The notes under the pieces were generated by a model. The model saw only the letters and a list, made by a program, of their open reading frames with translations, had not been told where the DNA came from and searched no databases. This document shows positions 50,925 to 62,089 of a stretch of DNA of 64,000 nt, in pieces. Source of the stretch: an uncultured Pseudomonadota bacterium. GTDB taxonomy: Bacteria > Myxococcota_A > Polyangia > Fen-1088. The DNA lies in the NCBI GenBank assembly GCA_963847705.1, contig CAWKBC010000010.1, forward strand, positions 64,001-128,000. Reading direction: 5' to 3'. The first letter of the stretch is position 1; each line of letters opens with the position of its first letter. Position numbers and translations under genes: made by a program.

Positions 50925-53485
50925 CAACAAGGCCGCGGGCCCAAACGGAAATCGGCAGTTCAGCCTGGACGAGGCGCTCGCCAGCTCGAACAGCACGACG
51001 CGCAGTCTGCGCGAGACTGCCACCCTGGCCCAAACGATCGAGGAGGCCGCCACGCGGCTGGCAGCGGGCGGCAACGAGCAGGGCGCCGCCAGCGAAGAGA
51101 TCCGTGCCTCGCTGGAGTCGTTGGCGGCGGGGATCGAAGAGAGCGCCACCGCCGTTCAGTCGCTGGCCCGCGCGCAGGGCCACGTGGCGGAGACCGCCAA
51201 GGAGGTTCAGCTCGGACAGGAGTCGACGGGGGCCGGACTGCGAGAGGTGGCCTCGTCGGTCGCCGGCGTGAAGAAGGACGGCGACGCCTTGGCTGCGGCG
51301 ATCGATTCGACTGCGGCGACGCTGGAGGAGGCGGCGCGATCGATCAAAGGAGTGGGGGCCAACGCCGAGGATCTGGCGGCGGCCAGCGAGGAGCTCCTGG
51401 CGGCCGCCGTCGAGACCAGCGCCAGCATCAAGGACGTCGCCGAACGTGGCCAGGGGGCCGCCAGCGCAATCGAACAGATGGCCGCCACCGTGGGCGGAAT
51501 CGCCAAGGGCGTGGCCAAGCTGAACAGCGACGCCGGCGGGGTGGGCGAGCGGATCGCCTCGATGACCGCGGCGGTGGTCGACGCGGCCGCCTCCATCGAT
51601 CGGGTGGCCAAGGACGGAGCCGAGATGGGCACCGCCATCGAAGAGACCTCGGCCACCGCCGAGCAGATCTCCAGGACGGCCCGGGGCGTGGCCGAGCAGG
51701 TCAAGGAGCTCGAGGGGGGCGTCGCCAGCACCTCCAGCATCGTCACCGAGCTCGCCTCCTCCGTCGAGGAGGTGGCGGCCACCGCCGAAAAGAACGCGGC
51801 GGTGATCGAGACGAACGCCGCGGGGATCGAGCAGCTCACCCGCTCGGTGACCGCGGTGGCGCGCTCGGCGGATCAGATCAGCCAGCTGGCCACGGTCAGC
51901 GCCGCCACCTCGACGCAGGCCGAGGGGACCACCCGGCGAATCGTCGAGCTGGTCTCGGCCGCCCGGCGCACCGCCGACGACGTGACCACCACCGCGCGCA
52001 ACGGCGGCGCGGTGGTGGGCCGGTCGATCGCGGGCATGGGGGGCATCCGGCAGGCGATGCAGGAGTCATCGTCGGTCATCAAGGAGATGGGCAGGCGGAC
52101 GGAGGAGATCGGCGACATCGTGCAGACGATCAACCTCATCGCCGACCGGACCAACCTCTTGTCGCTGAACGCCAGCATCGAGGCGGCCCGCGCCGGAGAG
52201 CACGGCCGGGGGTTCGCGGTCGTCGCCGAGGAGATCCGCGCGCTGTCCGATCGCGCCGCGGCCGCCAGCGCCGACATCGCCAAGATCGTGCGGGGACTCC
52301 AGGGGACCGCGCGCGACGCCGTGACCGCCTCCAACGACGGCCTCAAGGTGGCCGACGAAGGGAGCCGACTGGCCGGCGATGCCGAAAAAGCCCTGGCCTC
52401 GATCCTGGCGGGGATCGAGACCGTCGGCCGCGGCGTCGGCGAGATCGAACGCGCCAGCAGCGAACAGACCCAGGCCGTCCAGGCGCTCTCCCAGAGCACG
52501 GCGCGCGTCAGCGAGGAGAGCAAGGCGATCGCGCGGGCCGCGGGGGAGCAGGTGGCCGCCGGTCAGAGCATGAGCCAGGCGGCCAGCGAGATGCGCCGGA
52601 TGGCCAAGCAGACCAAGGAGGCCACCGGGGAGCAGGCTCGGGCGCTGCGCGCCGCCGTCAAGGACACCACGCACCTCGCCACCAACGTGAAGAAGGTCGC
52701 GCGCGCGGCCGAGGAGCAGGCGACCGGGGCCGGGCAGCTCGCCAAGGCCTCGGTGCGCATGCGAACGCTCGCGCAGCAGACCACGGTGGCCATGGCTGAA
52801 CAGACCCGCACGCTCTCCGCGCTCAGCAACATGGCGAACGACGTGACCGCCTCTTCCCAGCGCATGGGCGTGGCGCTGGGCGAACAGGCGCGCGGCTCCG
52901 CCGAGGTGGCCACGGTCGTCGAAGCTCTCAAGCAGGGCGCGCTCCAGAACGCCAGGGGGGTCGGCGAACAGGCGCGCGCGCTCGGTCAGATCGAGAATCG
53001 CGGCGCGGCAGGTCGCCAAGTTGGCCTCGGAGGTCACCAAGGCGACCTCCGAGCAGTCCAAGGCGGTGACCGCTCTTTCGGCCTCCAGCGACGACGTCCG
53101 GAAGCTCTCCAAACAGACCGCGCGCGCCGTCACCGAGCAGGCGGAGGCGCTGGCGACGTTGGCCAGCGCGGCGGCCAAGCAAGGGAGCGGCGTGGCCACG
53201 ATCGCGCGGGTGACGGCAGAGCAGGCCGCGGCCAGCGAGCAGATCAACAAGGCCGTCTCCGATATCCGGGCGAACACGCGAAACATCGTCGCCGCGCTGG
53301 CGCAGCAGACGAAGATGGCGGTCGCCGTCAGCGGCGACGTGACCTCGGTGGCGGTCGGCATCGGAAAGATTCGGGCCGCCAACGAAAAGCAGGCGGAAGC
53401 GACGGAAGCCGTGACCACCGCGCTGGCGTCGCTGCGCGCGCGGGAAGTAGGGCCGGCCGCCGCGAGGTCGACTGACCCGGCATGA
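50914..53485 (+). CDS. soluble methyl-accepting chemotaxis protein, +1 frameshift near 52996
   Basis: Signalling tip [32 protein letters not shown] and no TM segments. The heptad pattern continues in the 53021..53485 frame. Confidence 0.88.
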
Positions 53486-55822
53486 GCTCGCCCGATCGGT
53501 TCGCGTTCACCGCCGAAGAGCGCCAGCGCCTGGAACGAATCGACCGGCTTCTGGCCGACGGTGCGGCCGGCGTCGGCCCGCTGATCGACCTGTTGAACGA
53601 CCCGAGTTGGACGGTGCGCCGGGCCGTGGTGGACGGCCTGGCGGCCGGCGGCGGCGCGGTGGTCGCCCCGCTCTGCCGGGCCTTGCGCGACCGCCGCGAC
53701 GACGAGGCCCGCATCGCGGCCACCGTCGATGCGCTGGCCGCCCTGGACGCGGACGTCGACGCGACGTTGATCGCGATGGCCGGCGATGCCGATCCGGCGG
53801 TCGTCGCCGACGTGGCGCAGGTCCTGGGCCGGCGGCGGTCGAAGGGGGCGCTGGCGACGCTCACGGCGCTCATCCACCATCAGGACGACAACGTCGCCGT
53901 GGCCGCCATCGAGGCTCTCGGTCGGGTTGGTGGCCGGGCGGCGGTCGCCTCCCTGGTCGAAGCGGTGGAGAGCGGGAATTTCTTTCGAACCTTCCCCGCC
54001 ATCGACGTCCTCGGCCGCAGCGGCGATCCGCGCGCGGTCGCGCCGCTGACCGCGCTGCTCGACGATCCCCCGTACGCAGCCGAGGCGGCCCGCGCCCTCG
54101 GTCGAACCGGAGATCGCGCGGCCGTGGCGCCGCTGATGGCGCTCATCGGCCGCGGGGCCGGGGCCATGGTGCGGGTCGCTGCGCTGGCGCTCGACGAATT
54201 GCGCCAGCGCAACGCCGAGCATTTCGGCAGTGGCGAGCGGATCGAGGAGGCGATCACCGGGGCAGGCGGAAGCGGGACCGTCCGGCAGATCGTGCGCGCG
54301 CTCTCCGACGGGGACGCGACCGAGAAGGCCGCCCTCTGCTTCGTCCTGGCGGTTCTTCGGGATGCCTCGACGGTGCCGGCGCTGACCGCGCTCCTCGACG
54401 GGCCGCTCGAGGTGGCGGAGGCGGCGTCGAACGCGCTCAAGCGGATCGGGCCCGAAGCCGACGCGCAGATCCTGCAGGAGATCCGCAGGGGGGGCGCCAA
54501 GCGCGCGCTCTTGCCCCTGGTGTCGCACACCAGGGCCGAGGCCGACGTGGTGGCCTGCTTGGCTGATCCAGACCCAGACGTGAGGGCGCTGGCTTGCGAA
54601 GCGCTTGGCCGGATGGGCGCGACCCGGGCGGCGACCGCCCTGTTTCCCTTGCTGGCGGATCCCAACCCGCGCGTCGCCTTCACGGCGCTGAGCGCCGTCC
54701 AGGCGCTGGGGGGACGGGAGGCCGAAGAGCTGGCCCTCTCCGCGCTGCGTTCGCCGGAGGCGCGGGTGCGGCGCGCGGCGGTTCGGATCCTGGCCTACTT
54801 CGCCTTCGACGCCGCCCTTGACCCGCTCCTCGGCGCGCTCGCCGATCCGGATGAGCGGGTCCGCCAAGCGACGATCCAGGGGCTGCCCTTCTTCGAAGAC
54901 CCTCGCGCCCTCGAGGCGCTGATGGCCGCCGCCAAGGATCCCACCGACCGGACCCGCGCGGCTGCCATGCGTGCCCTCGGCCAGTGCGTCGGCGACCTGC
55001 GCGTGAGCGCGTACCTCCTGCGGGGGCTCGGAGAATCCCGACCCCTGGACCCGCTACTACGCCTGTCAGGCGCTGGGAAGGTTGGCCTTCGAACCCGCCG
55101 CCGAAGCGATCGGCCGCCTGCTGGCCGACCCGGCCGGACAGGTGCGCGTGGCCGCCGTCGAGGCGCTCGCCCACTTGAAGAGCGAGACGGCGTTGCGTCT
55201 GCTCGAGACGGCCGCCTCCGACGCCGAGCCGGACGTTCAGCGGGCGGCGCTGGTGGGCCTCGGCGTGGCGCACCGGACGGAGTCGTTGCCGCGCATCCTG
55301 GCGGCCACGGCCGCTCCCGATCCGGCGACACGGATCGTCGCCCTCTCCGCCGTCGCCGGGTGGAGGTCGCCGGAGGCTCTCCGCGCGCTGGTCGACAACG
55401 CCGCCCATCCCGATCCGGGGGTGAGCACCGTGGCCATTGGACTGCTCTCGGCCGTCCCCGGCACGGCCGCCACGATGGAGCTGGCGCATCTTTTGGCCCG
55501 CTCGCCCGCCCGGGAACAGATCGTGGCCGCGCTGTCGGTGCACCTCGAAGGGCGGGTTCCCGGCCTCTCGGCCGCGCTGGAGACCGCCGACGACGAGAGC
55601 GCCGGCGCGCTGACCTCTGCGCTGGCCCGCATGCGGCGCCCTGACGCGACCGCGGCGCTGCTGGGGACCATGACCAGCGCGAACAGCCGGGCCCGCAAGG
55701 CGGCGGCCACCACGCTGGCCGGGCTGGGCCAAACGGACGCGCTGGAGGTCCTGCGCGTCGCGGCCGAGAACGATCCAGAGCCCGAGGTCCGGCGGATCTG
55801 CTCGGTGCTCCTCTCCCGCTGA
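53482..55822 (+). CDS. HEAT-repeat protein (Cpc7-like), +1 frameshift near 55034
   Basis: Repeated LxDPDPxVRxxAxxALG units that continue in the 55082..55822 frame. ATGA overlap with the mcp gene. Confidence 0.85.
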
Positions 55823-55833
55823 CGAAGGTCCCC

Positions 55834-56649
55834 GTGCAGTTGCCGTTGTCGCCCCAGGTCTTCTCGATCCTCAGCGCGCTCGTCGCCGAGCACGCCGGCC
55901 TCCACTTCGGCGTCGAGCACATGTCGGTCTTCGCCGACAAGCTCGGGGGGCGGGCCGTCGAGGCCGGCTTCGAGTCGCTGCTCGACTACTACTACTTCCT
56001 GCGCTACGACCCAGGCGGCCCGGCCGAGCTCGACGCGCTGATCGATTCGCTGGTGGTGAACGAGACCTATCTGTTCCGGGAGCTGAACGCGCTCGAGACG
56101 ATGGTGACCGACTTCGTCCTGCCCGCGGTGAACGAAGGGCGGCGCCCCCGAATCTGGTGCGCGGCCAGCTCGACCGGCGAAGAGCCACACACCGTGGCGA
56201 TGCTGCTGGCGGCGCAGGGGATTCTCGAGCGGGTCGAGCTCATCGCCAGTGACGTCAGCGTCCAGGCCCTCGAGCGGGCGCGCTCGGGCCGGTTCTCCCG
56301 CCGCGCCATCCGGCAGAACATCCCCGGCTTCGCCGCGCCCTGGCTCGACGTCACCGACCAGGGGATCTCCGTCAGCCAGCGGTTCACCAAGGCCATCGAC
56401 TGGAGGCGCATCAACCTGATGGACGACGCCACCGTCGCCTCCCTGGGCCTCTTCGAGATCGTGCTCTGTCGCAACGTCCTCATCTATTTCAGTGACGCCA
56501 CCACGCGCCGGATCATCGATCGGCTGAGCGGTGTCCTCAGGCCAAACGGCGCCCTCTTCGTCGGAGTCTCGGAGTCCCTCCTCCGCTTCGGCTCGTCGCT
56601 GATCTGCGAGGAAAAGAACGGGGTCTTCCTGTACAAGAAGCCGTCATGA
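55834..56649 (+). CDS. cheR: CheR methyltransferase
   Basis: VNETYLFRE, RIWCAASSTGEE, CRNVLIYF and FVGVSESL. Confidence 0.92.
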   Translation: MQLPLSPQVFSILSALVAEHAGLHFGVEHMSVFADKLGGRAVEAGFESLLDYYYFLRYDPGGPAELDALIDSLVVNETYLFRELNALETMVTDFVLPAVNEGRRPRIWCAASSTGEEPHTVAMLLAAQGILERVELIASDVSVQALERARSGRFSRRAIRQNIPGFAAPWLDVTDQGISVSQRFTKAIDWRRINLMDDATVASLGLFEIVLCRNVLIYFSDATTRRIIDRLSGVLRPNGALFVGVSESLLRFGSSLICEEKNGVFLYKKPS

Positions 56650-57671
56650 CCGCCGGCCCGCCGATTCGCGTCCTGGTCGTCGACGACTCCGCATTTGCAC
56701 GCAAGGTGCTCCGGGAGACGTTGTCCCGCAGCCCGCTGCTGGAGGTGGTGGGGATCGCCCGCGACGGGTTGGAGGCGCTGGAAAAGATCGCCGAGCTCGC
56801 CCCCGACGTGGTGACGCTGGATCTGGTCATGCCGAACCTCGACGGGCTGGGCGTGCTGCGCGCGCTCCCTCCGGAGGGCGGGCCGCGCGTCGTCATCGTC
56901 AGCATCTCCGGCGGGGACAGCGCTCTCGGTGTGGAGGCGTTGCAGAGCGGGGCCGTCGACCTGGTTCAAAAGCCGACCGCCCTGGCGACCGACCGGCTCT
57001 ACGACCTGTCCGCCGAGCTGGTGGCCAAGGTGGTCGCGGCCGCGACCGCCCACCCGCGCCTCCCCACGGCGGCGCCGCCGGTCATACGGCCCACCCCCAA
57101 GGCGGGAGCGGTCCGCTTGGTGGTGGTCGGCACCTCCACCGGCGGGCCCGCCGCCCTCACCCGGCTGCTGGCCGGCCTGCCCGCCGATTTTCCGGCGGCG
57201 GTCGCCATCGCGCTGCACATTCCGCCCGGCTACACCGAGACCCTCGCTCGCCGCCTGGACGAGACCTGTCCGATGCGGGTCATCGAGGCGTTCGAAGGCG
57301 CGGAGCTCACGCCCGGAACTGTGGCCCTCGCACGCGGCGGTCTGCACCTGCGGGTCAAAGCCACCGGCCAACGGCTCACCACCCACATCGATTCCAATCC
57401 GCTGACCGCGCCGTTTTGCCCGTCGGTCGATCTTCTGTTCGAGAGCGCCGCCCCGCTGGGGCCCGCCGTTCTGGGGGTCGTCCTGACCGGGATGGGAAAC
57501 GACGGCTTGGCCGGCGCGACCGCGATCCGCCGGGCCGGCGGGCGTGTCGTCACGGAGGCCGAGGGATCATGCGTGGTCTACGGAATGCCTCGCGCCGTCG
57601 TGGAGGCCGATCAATCGGACGGCCAGGCGTTGATCGACGCGATGGCCGCCGAGATCGGACGCCGTCTCTAG
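56646..57671 (+). CDS. cheB: CheB methylesterase (REC plus esterase)
   Basis: LVVDDS, VTLDLVMP, GTSTGGP, LHIP, PSVD and LTGMGNDG. Confidence 0.92.
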   Translation: MTAGPPIRVLVVDDSAFARKVLRETLSRSPLLEVVGIARDGLEALEKIAELAPDVVTLDLVMPNLDGLGVLRALPPEGGPRVVIVSISGGDSALGVEALQSGAVDLVQKPTALATDRLYDLSAELVAKVVAAATAHPRLPTAAPPVIRPTPKAGAVRLVVVGTSTGGPAALTRLLAGLPADFPAAVAIALHIPPGYTETLARRLDETCPMRVIEAFEGAELTPGTVALARGGLHLRVKATGQRLTTHIDSNPLTAPFCPSVDLLFESAAPLGPAVLGVVLTGMGNDGLAGATAIRRAGGRVVTEAEGSCVVYGMPRAVVEADQSDGQALIDAMAAEIGRRL

Positions 57672-57698
57672 GCCTTCTCTACGGCCTTCTCTAGGCCT
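57666..57698. repeat. three-copy 11-12 bp tandem repeat spanning the cheB stop
   Basis: ctctaggcctt / ctctacggcctt / ctctaggcct. Confidence 0.7.
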
Positions 57699-57712
57699 CC
57701 TTCGGGCGGCAC

Positions 57713-57898
57713 TCAGTTTCGAATGGCGCCCACCAGGCCCAGGCCGCCGCAGATCAGGATTCCGACGATCAGGAAGAAGCGGGCCGACTTCATGAGCCGG
57801 GTCCCTCCCACCGGCTTGGCCCCTTTGGGCCCACGGCCGGTGAGGGCGACGGCCACCGTGAGAACGACCGCAAATGCCAACCAGACGAGTGAGCTCAT
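57713..57898 (-). CDS. small two-TM membrane protein (61 aa)
   Basis: MSSLVWLAFAVVLTVAVALTG...TRLMKSARFFLIVGILICGGLGLVG. Confidence 0.6.
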   Translation of the reverse strand: MSSLVWLAFAVVLTVAVALTGRGPKGAKPVGGTRLMKSARFFLIVGILICGGLGLVGAIRN

Positions 57899-57989
57899 GG
57901 CCGCAACATAGGCATGCCGGGAGCAAGCCGGCGCTGAAACAATCAGGGATCGCCCTATCATTCGCCGAAAGCAGTCCTAGCTTCTGGCG

Positions 57990-58325
57990 ATGGACGTCAC
58001 CGGCCATCGCAAGAACCAGAAGGTAACCTTCGGCCAGAAGGAGGCGTCACCCAGGCCTTCTGCGGCGGCGCCACCGGAGGACGCCACCGCCCAGACTCAC
58101 GTCAACCTGGTGAGCCCGTTCGCCCATCCGAGAAGCGCCAAGGTCACCACCTTCGACCTGCGGCAGTTCGTGACGCGCCACTCGATTCCCCTGGCTCTCT
58201 CCTGCCTGGCGCTGGGCGGAGCCGTCGCCGCGGTCATCCTGAAGCGCCGGCGTCGCGACCGGGGGGAGGCTCGGCTCGATCGCCTCCGACAGACGCTGGT
58301 GGATGCCGCGAACGGCGCCGGCTGA
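57990..58325 (+). CDS. hypothetical protein with a single TM helix
   Basis: Hydrophobic segment IPLALSCLALGGAVAAVIL followed by KRRRR. Confidence 0.5.
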   Translation: MDVTGHRKNQKVTFGQKEASPRPSAAAPPEDATAQTHVNLVSPFAHPRSAKVTTFDLRQFVTRHSIPLALSCLALGGAVAAVILKRRRRDRGEARLDRLRQTLVDAANGAG

Positions 58326-59802
58326 AGGCGCGCCGCTGAAAACATCGCGTTTTCCCCGACCGCGCCGGGCGCGCGGCGGCTTCATTTGTAGCGTCGGCGG
58401 CGCCGCCGCCTTGACGCTCCTCTCCTGGGCCCTGGCTCAGGGCGTGGCGCGGGCGCAGCAGGGAGCAGACGGCGGCGGCCTCGAGGCCAGCCGCGATGCG
58501 GGATCACCAGACCTCGCACCTTCAATCACGCAGGAGCCCGAAGCGCAGACAGCGCCATGGTTGCTCGCGCCGCCGCCCACCATCGCTCCACCGTCGCCGC
58601 CGTCTCCCCCGCCGCTCGTCGCTCCGCCGCGCCCGCCGGCACCCGCCGCAGCGACGCCGTCGGGACGCTCGCTGGAATTCAACATCGTCCCGATCGCCGG
58701 CGGCGACAGCGACGTCGGGATCGGCGGCGGTGAGGTCGCAGATCTGGCGCGGCTGGATCCTCGCTATCGCCCCTACCGGTGGAAGCTGACCTCGGAGGCC
58801 TTCGTCACCTTCAACACGCTCAACGGCCAGCTCATCTCGCCGTTCCAGGACTACTCGCTCACCTTGTCGCTCCCCGATTTGACCTCCAGCCGGCGGCTGC
58901 GCCTGGAGATCAGGCCGGCCTTCACCAACGAACGCACGCTGAAGTTCTACGGAATCGGGAACGCGACGCCGCTTCCGCCACCGGGTGTGTCGATCGCCGA
59001 TACCGAATACCAGCGCATTCACCCCACCCTCTCCGTCGAGGCGCGCTACCGCTTCTACAAGCGGTTCTACCTGCTGGGGGGAAGCGTCTACACGCAGAAC
59101 TGGCTGGTGGTTCCGCCGAACGGCCTGCTGGCGCGGGCGCAGGCTTCACCCTCTCCCGAGATTCGCGAGATCATCGGGAGCTTCGCCCCGCACGGGGTCG
59201 AGCTCCTGGAGGGGGGGCTCCAGTACGACTCGCGCGACAACGAGACGGTGACCCGCCGAGGGCAATTCCACACGGCCGTGATCCGGATCAGCCCACGCAT
59301 CGGGACCGAGCTGCCCTATGCCTACGAGCGTCTGAACGTGACGGCGCGCTTTTACACCACGCCGATTCCCAACATCACGCTGCTGTTTCGGGTCGTCGGC
59401 GACACGTTGCTGGGCGATCCCCCGTTCTACGAGCTGGCGCGCTTCGACGAGACGCCGGCCATCGGTGGCTCGAAGGCGGTGCGCGGGGTGCCGGCGCAGC
59501 GGTACTACGGCAAGGTGAAGCTCTTCGGGAACTTGGAGATGCGGAGCGACGTCCTGCACTTCAGCGTGCGGCACAAGCGGATGATTCTCGGCGCGGCCCT
59601 CTTCGCCGACGGCGGCCGCAGCTGGACGCAACTGGGGCAGAGCAACCCGGCCCTCGACGGAACCGGGCTGGGGCTGAAGTACGGGCTCGGCGGCGGGCTG
59701 CGGCTGCAGGAGGGCCAGACCTTCATCGTGCGTGGGGACATCGCCTGGTCCCCCGACGCACAGCCGGTGGGCGCCTACTTCGCCGCCGGCGAGATCTTCT
59801 GA
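58303..59802 (+). CDS. Omp85/BamA-TamA family beta-barrel protein without POTRA domains
   Basis: Signal peptide, Pro-rich linker, LQYDSRDNE, GGSKAVRGV (VRGY-like loop), GLGGGLR and C-terminal GEIF. Start is uncertain. Confidence 0.78.
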   Translation: MPRTAPAEGAPLKTSRFPRPRRARGGFICSVGGAAALTLLSWALAQGVARAQQGADGGGLEASRDAGSPDLAPSITQEPEAQTAPWLLAPPPTIAPPSPPSPPPLVAPPRPPAPAAATPSGRSLEFNIVPIAGGDSDVGIGGGEVADLARLDPRYRPYRWKLTSEAFVTFNTLNGQLISPFQDYSLTLSLPDLTSSRRLRLEIRPAFTNERTLKFYGIGNATPLPPPGVSIADTEYQRIHPTLSVEARYRFYKRFYLLGGSVYTQNWLVVPPNGLLARAQASPSPEIREIIGSFAPHGVELLEGGLQYDSRDNETVTRRGQFHTAVIRISPRIGTELPYAYERLNVTARFYTTPIPNITLLFRVVGDTLLGDPPFYELARFDETPAIGGSKAVRGVPAQRYYGKVKLFGNLEMRSDVLHFSVRHKRMILGAALFADGGRSWTQLGQSNPALDGTGLGLKYGLGGGLRLQEGQTFIVRGDIAWSPDAQPVGAYFAAGEIF

Positions 59803-59974
59803 TGTTGACCGCGGGCGACCAACGACGCCGGAGCGGCCCTCGCCCGCGGAACAAGCGCCACAAATGCCGACTGGTCTGAACGGCAGCCCCGCCACCGTTC
59901 AGACCAGCTCAAGTCAGGAAGTTAAGTCATGCGGGCCGGCCCCGCCGCTTTGGCCGGCGGAGGCCAGCGGCGCC

Positions 59975-60478
59975 TCAGAGGGGCGCGGCTTCGTCGGTCT
60001 GGGCCGGGACGGCCAGGCGCGGATTGCCCTTGGCCAGCAGCTCCTCTTGCAAGAGCGCCATCTGCTGGGCGATCGCGACCAGGGTCTCCTCGTCGAAGAT
60101 CTTCTTCACCTTGGGGAAGAGATCGTCTTCCTCTTCCCCCACGTGATGCTCGACCTGTTCCTGCAGAACCTTGGTCTTCGCGTCGAAGGTCTCATCGCTG
60201 GCATCGAGATCGATGAGATCGGCCAGGACCCGCTTGATCCCCAGGTGCTCCTCCAGCGATTCGAGCAGGATGTCCTCGGTGCGTTTCGCCCTCACGGCGG
60301 GATAGAACTCCTGCTCTTCGATCGAGGCGTGAACCGCCAATTTGTCGGCGATCTGGGTGAAGAGCTTCTGTTTGCGGTCGTCCCGATCGGCCTTCTCCAG
60401 CTTGGCGAACAGGTCCTCCACCTCGCGGTGCTGGCTTTCCAGCATGTCGACCGCGTTCACGTTGACCTTCTCGCCCAC
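59975..60478 (-). CDS. hemerythrin HHE cation-binding domain protein
   Basis: QHREVE, HASIEEQEFYP, EEH and HHVGEEEDDLFP. Confidence 0.88.
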   Translation of the reverse strand: MGEKVNVNAVDMLESQHREVEDLFAKLEKADRDDRKQKLFTQIADKLAVHASIEEQEFYPAVRAKRTEDILLESLEEHLGIKRVLADLIDLDASDETFDAKTKVLQEQVEHHVGEEEDDLFPKVKKIFDEETLVAIAQQMALLQEELLAKGNPRLAVPAQTDEAAPL

Positions 60479-60479
60479 G

Positions 60480-60629
60480 TTAGGTCACCCGCTTTCCACG
60501 GATGAAGTGCATCACGATGCTGATGAGCGCCAACACGATCAGGACGTGAATGGCCGCCGAAGCCACATGGAAGACGCCGAATCCGGTGATCCAGGCAATG
60601 AGCAAGATGACTCCGAGCCAAAACAACAT
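60480..60629 (-). CDS. small membrane protein, lmo0937/DUF5670-like (49 aa, not in the ORF track)
   Basis: Hand translation gives MLFWLGVILLIAWITGFGVFHVASAAIHVLIVLALISIVMHFIRGKRVT*. AAGGA RBS upstream. Confidence 0.75.
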   Translation of the reverse strand: MLFWLGVILLIAWITGFGVFHVASAAIHVLIVLALISIVMHFIRGKRVT

Positions 60630-60781
60630 GGGGTTCCTTTTCCGACGGGCTCCGCGGCCAGGAAGACCACAAACGCCGCGTCTGTTGGGGTGTAAGAAAA
60701 CAACCTAGGGACGAACATGCATTTGGCCAGGCCGCACGGAATGCGCCTGGACATTGGACCCACGGTGGCGCCGCCTGCGGT

Positions 60782-62089
60782 CTACAGCTGGGCGCCCACC
60801 AGGCCGGCAAACCAGTCGCCCATCCGGTCCAGCAGAGGTCGGTGGTGCCAGTCATCGAGCGTGATGCGGCGAGATCGGAGCCGATCCTTTTCGAAGGCTC
60901 GCCGTTCCTGCGAGGCGAGACCGCGATCGATGACGTTCAGATTGGCCTCGGCGTTCAACCGAAAGGACCGGCTGTCGAAGTTGGTCGAACCGACCGACAC
61001 CCAGAGATCGTCGACCACCATGACCTTGCAGTGAAACATGGTGGGCTGGAACTCGGAGATGGAGATGCCCGCTTCCAGCAGGGGCGCCCATTTCCGGCGG
61101 GAGGCCGCGCGGGTCACCTCGCTGTCGATCAGCGGGCCTGGCACGATGATCTGGACGTCCACGCCCCGCCGGCGGGCGGCGATGAGCGTGCGAACGGAGA
61201 GGTCATCAGGGACGAAATACGAATTGGCCAGAAGGATGCTGTGCCGTGCGGCCGCGATCGAGAGCAGGTAGAGGAGGCGGACGCTCTCGGTCCCGTCGTT
61301 CTCCGCGCTGGAGACAATCTGGGCGGGCATCTCTCCCGCCTTGGAGAGTGGAGGGAAATAGGCGTCACCTTGCAAGAGGACGCCCCGGGTCGCCAGCCAA
61401 TGCGCCACGAACGTGGCCTGCATCTGCGCCACCACCGGGCCGACCACCCGAAAGTGTGTGTCGCGCCAGTGGTCGGGGCTATCGGCGTCACCGTCCCACT
61501 TGTCGGCGATCCCGACGCCGCCGGTGAACCCGATCCGGCCGTCGACGACCAGCAGCTTTCGGTGCGTGCGGTTGTTGATCCGGTCGAGGTTGTACCAGCG
61601 CACCGCCCGGTACTTTTCGACCTCGGCGCCTGCGTTCGTCATTTCTCGCAGTTGGGTCGAATCCATTTTTGCCGATCCGACCGCGTCGATGATGAGGTGA
61701 ATCTTGACGCCGGCATCGGCGCGCTCGACCAGCGCCTTGGTGAAGGCGGCGCCGATGTCGCCCGACCAGTAGATGTAGGTCTCGAAGGTGATGCTCTTCC
61801 GCGCCTGCCGAATCTCGTCGAGCATCGCGGAGAAGATCTGGTGCCCGTTGTAGAGAGGCGTGACCTCGTTCCCCGGGACCAGCGGTGAACCGAAGAGGAC
61901 GCTGGCGGCGCGCGCGAACTCCGGGTCGCCCACGCCGAAGAGGGAGGAGATCTCATGCTCGGTCTTGCGCTCTCCGGACAGCAGATTGATGGCGACGATG
62001 ACGATCAGGGCCGTCACGAGGGCCGTGACGGCCACGATCAGCCGCGTGCGCCAGGGGCGGCGGTCCGCGGTGCCGGCGACGCGCCTCAG
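60782..62089 (-). CDS. cls: cardiolipin synthase / phospholipase D family
   Basis: Two HKD motifs (THRKLLVVDG, FHCKVMVVDD), GSTNFDSRSF and an N-terminal TM. Start is uncertain (about 62035-62089). Confidence 0.88.
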   Translation of the reverse strand: MRRVAGTADRRPWRTRLIVAVTALVTALIVIVAINLLSGERKTEHEISSLFGVGDPEFARAASVLFGSPLVPGNEVTPLYNGHQIFSAMLDEIRQARKSITFETYIYWSGDIGAAFTKALVERADAGVKIHLIIDAVGSAKMDSTQLREMTNAGAEVEKYRAVRWYNLDRINNRTHRKLLVVDGRIGFTGGVGIADKWDGDADSPDHWRDTHFRVVGPVVAQMQATFVAHWLATRGVLLQGDAYFPPLSKAGEMPAQIVSSAENDGTESVRLLYLLSIAAARHSILLANSYFVPDDLSVRTLIAARRRGVDVQIIVPGPLIDSEVTRAASRRKWAPLLEAGISISEFQPTMFHCKVMVVDDLWVSVGSTNFDSRSFRLNAEANLNVIDRGLASQERRAFEKDRLRSRRITLDDWHHRPLLDRMGDWFAGLVGAQL

